Below, one piece after another: positions 61,630 to 64,000 of a stretch of DNA of 64,000 nt. The stretch comes from Mizuhopecten yessoensis (lineage: Eukaryota). Made by a program: the position numbers and the translations under genes. Below the pieces are notes generated by a model. The model did not search any database. It had not been told where the DNA came from and saw nothing but the letters and a program-made list of their open reading frames with translations. Every line of letters starts with the position of its first letter. The stretch's first letter is position 1. The DNA lies in assembly GCF_002113885.1 (NCBI RefSeq), contig NW_018408622.1, positions 741,967 to 805,966 of the forward strand, given 5' to 3'.

Positions 61630-62020
61630 ATAATATCACAGCAACTATATGAACTGTGGAAAGTCCCTTCAGATAATAACTTCAACAAATGTGAACGTCA
61701 CCGCAAATGAAGTGCACGCGACAGTCCCTTCAACTTTAAAATAGTACATATGTAAATGACACAGTAGCTGGTAGAGTGAAATAAACACTCAGTCAACAAC
61801 TGTTGCACAGATGAACGTCACAGTAACTGGAGCGTAAGTGAGCAGTCCCTTCAGTTGACAGCTACCACACTGATGCACGTTGTACTGTACACAACAACCT
61901 CTTCACCGACACCTAATACACAGGTGAATGTAACGGTGAATGGTTCAATTTACAACTAAAACACAACTGAAAGTCACAGTAATTGAAGGGTACGGGACAG
62001 TCCCTTCAGTCGATTACACA
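61630..62020 (-). repeat. Degenerate tandem repeat (about 60-bp period) overlapping the TEX12 stop codon
   Basis: agtcccttca near 61662, 61723, 61844 and 61999, each preceded by gtcac.g.aa.tg-like sequence. Confidence 0.75.
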
Positions 62021-62121
62021 ACACTTGCTTCTGTTGGTTCAGATTCTCCTCCAATGCTTTTGCTTCTGTGAGCAACTTGTCCAACCTTTCTGGACACGCT
62101 GTCTCGTACTCCTCACATTCT
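61974..62121 (-). CDS. TEX12: Terminal exon of a TEX12-like synaptonemal complex central element protein
   Basis: Minus-strand acceptor CCTTAAATTCCAG then ECEEYETACPERLDKLLTEAKALEENLNQQKQVLCNRLKGLSRTLQLL*. It aligns without gaps to the human TEX12 C-terminus as I recall it ([47 protein letters not shown]). Upstream exons not confidently placed. Confidence 0.75.
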
Positions 62122-62199
62122 CTGGAATTTAAGGATTTTTGTGGCTGATTTGTTGTGTTTTGCAATCGATATCCAAGTAATTCTTTTTTTTTAATTTAA

Positions 62200-62550
62200 T
62201 TTTGTTTGTATTCATTAATCAGATATATTGTCACATTTCATTTAGATACTGGTATGCTGCTTCATTTCTTCCAGAACATCTCGGCGATTCAGATATAATG
62301 GTGTAAAAAATAAGTTAGACTGTTATGGCACGAGAAGAACGTCTCAACTAAATATTACAATATTACATATCAAGTTTTGGATACGCAATATTATTTTCGT
62401 AAATGCAAAAATATTTAGTTATGACACTTTTCTCCTGTGCTAATATCCAACTGATTTTTACATCTTAATCACCGAGATGTTCTTGAAGAAATAAAGAAAC
62501 ATATCAAAATCAACTGTGAAATTATCTCTGGTTTATGATTAAAAACAAAT
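62200..62550. repeat. Diverged inverted repeat (arms 62200-62294 and 62462-62550)
   Basis: Reverse complement ATCTGAATCGCCGAGATGTTCTGGAAGAAATGAAGCAGCATACC vs ATCTTAATCACCGAGATGTTCTTGAAGAAATAAAGAAACATATC. Confidence 0.8.
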
Positions 62551-64000
62551 GCTCGTCAAGCCATCGTTTTCCGTGTACACATTTACTGTTGACGCTGTGA
62601 ACTTGATTTTAATAGACACAGATAGTATAACAGATTTTCTTTTCAAATGCCATTATAAGACTTGTTTGTTTTTCCTGGGACACTTAATGCCCAGTGCAAT
62701 TCATCTTTAGAAGAATTTGTTTAATAATATGACATTGTGGAACCCAATATGTTGGGATATATTGGAATGCATTGCCCAAATCTATAAAAAATACTATTGA
62801 GTTTTATATAGCTTTGTTTACTATGTGAATGAAAAGGTAGCAAGAAAAAAGAAACGGTACTACATACATCAAATAACCATCGATAGTTACATAGTCTATG
62901 AAAATAATACAATAATATATGAATATAATAAATCTAAGTTCCTAATATCCTTACGAGTTATAAATGGACAAAATGACAATAAGATGCAGTAGATATGTAC
63001 TTTGACCTTTGCATCAACAATCTATTTTTTTTGTGTTCTTTTTAAATAGGTGCTTATTTACCCGGTACTTTGTATTTTTAGTAATCGTTCTTCTATTTAA
63101 TGATTATTTTTACAATGTACTGAACAAGGAGATTGTCTCTGCTTGTGCATTACCAGACCCCTGTAGTCAGAAGTTGAAAATTGTAACATACTGAAGGGTT
63201 TCTTTACGTATTTTCATTATTTTGACCGAAGTGCTGCTGACAAGTCTTAAATGGATGAAATGGACGTTTGACAAACGGTGCAGTAAATATTTACTTTGTC
63301 CATACTTTTTTCCCATAGAAACACCTAGCTTTGTATTTCTAGTGATAGTTTTATCGTTTTTAATTATATTCTTTGCCCAATAACTAGAAGATATTTCTGT
63401 ACATGTAATTGATGTAAATGACATGTCTCAGTAATGTTTCTTCATTGTGACAATGTAATGACCATAAACAAATGAAGGAGTAAGTATGACAGACATTGAC
63501 ATGTTTACACTTAAAGGCCTAAGAAGGGGACAAAGATCTATAAAACGTCTTGCAGACCACTCCCACATCCAATGGCTCATACACTTATTGCAGTGGGATA
63601 CAGTGGGTCTAACTTTCCCTACAACCTCCATATGTGGAGATTCAGGGAATTCCATCTTTTATCATAATATCATATTAGTTTGCTTGAGGCTCTATTTCTT
63701 GCAACAGCTGAAATTATAATAATGATGATGAGGTCACTCTAAGGCATTGTAAAGTGCCAAATTGAAATGTCATAACATATCAACAGTAGCATGACATATT
63801 AGCTGGCCACATTACTCTTACCGAGGGCTAACCAGTTGTACCTAGGGAAACACGGCTGAAATTAAATTGTAGATAGGACAAAAAAAAGTGTTGTGGTGGA
63901 GTTTGGGGGTTGGGGAATCAATTTCATTTTTCTGGTGTTCTAATTCTTCACTGAGTCCCAACATTGAACATGCAGTTGTATACAGCAGATAATGTTATTT

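Noticed and set aside
63428-63719. ORFs near the window end as upstream TEX12 exons
   Set aside because: No similarity to TEX12 and no phase-compatible splice sites were identified.

Overview
AT-rich animal (eukaryotic) genomic DNA, probably a lophotrochozoan such as a bivalve mollusc (inferred from the repeat types). It is not prokaryotic, and most ORFs in the supplied track are spurious. Three protein-coding genes are supported. (1) An ARHGAP21/23-type PDZ-PH-RhoGAP gene on +: 17 phase-consistent GT-AG exons at 6374-32295 encode 1988 aa, and the N-terminal exon(s) lie upstream of the window. (2) A complete two-exon Fer2/HLH-13 (PTF1-family) bHLH gene on + (52298-52832 joined to 55852-55943, 208 aa); its second exon is absent from the ORF track. 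(3) The last exon of a TEX12-like synaptonemal complex gene on - (62121-61974). Introns and intergenic DNA hold many non-autonomous elements: TTAA/piggyBac-like, TA/Tc-mariner-like and CWG/Harbinger-like MITEs, Helentron-type HINEs, tRNA-SINE remnants and a probable solo LTR. Most long minisatellites lie inside such elements. The most unusual signal is an array of seven short hairpins (26034-26301) with an invariant loop, compensatory stem changes and G-U pairs that work only on the minus strand, inside the probable solo LTR. Also notable are a 586-bp apparently perfect inverted duplication, an inverted-triplication-like satellite next to the RhoGAP arginine-finger exon, and tandem degenerate copies of the TEX12 C-terminal coding segment in its 3' UTR. 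All coordinates were read by eye and no database searches were run.
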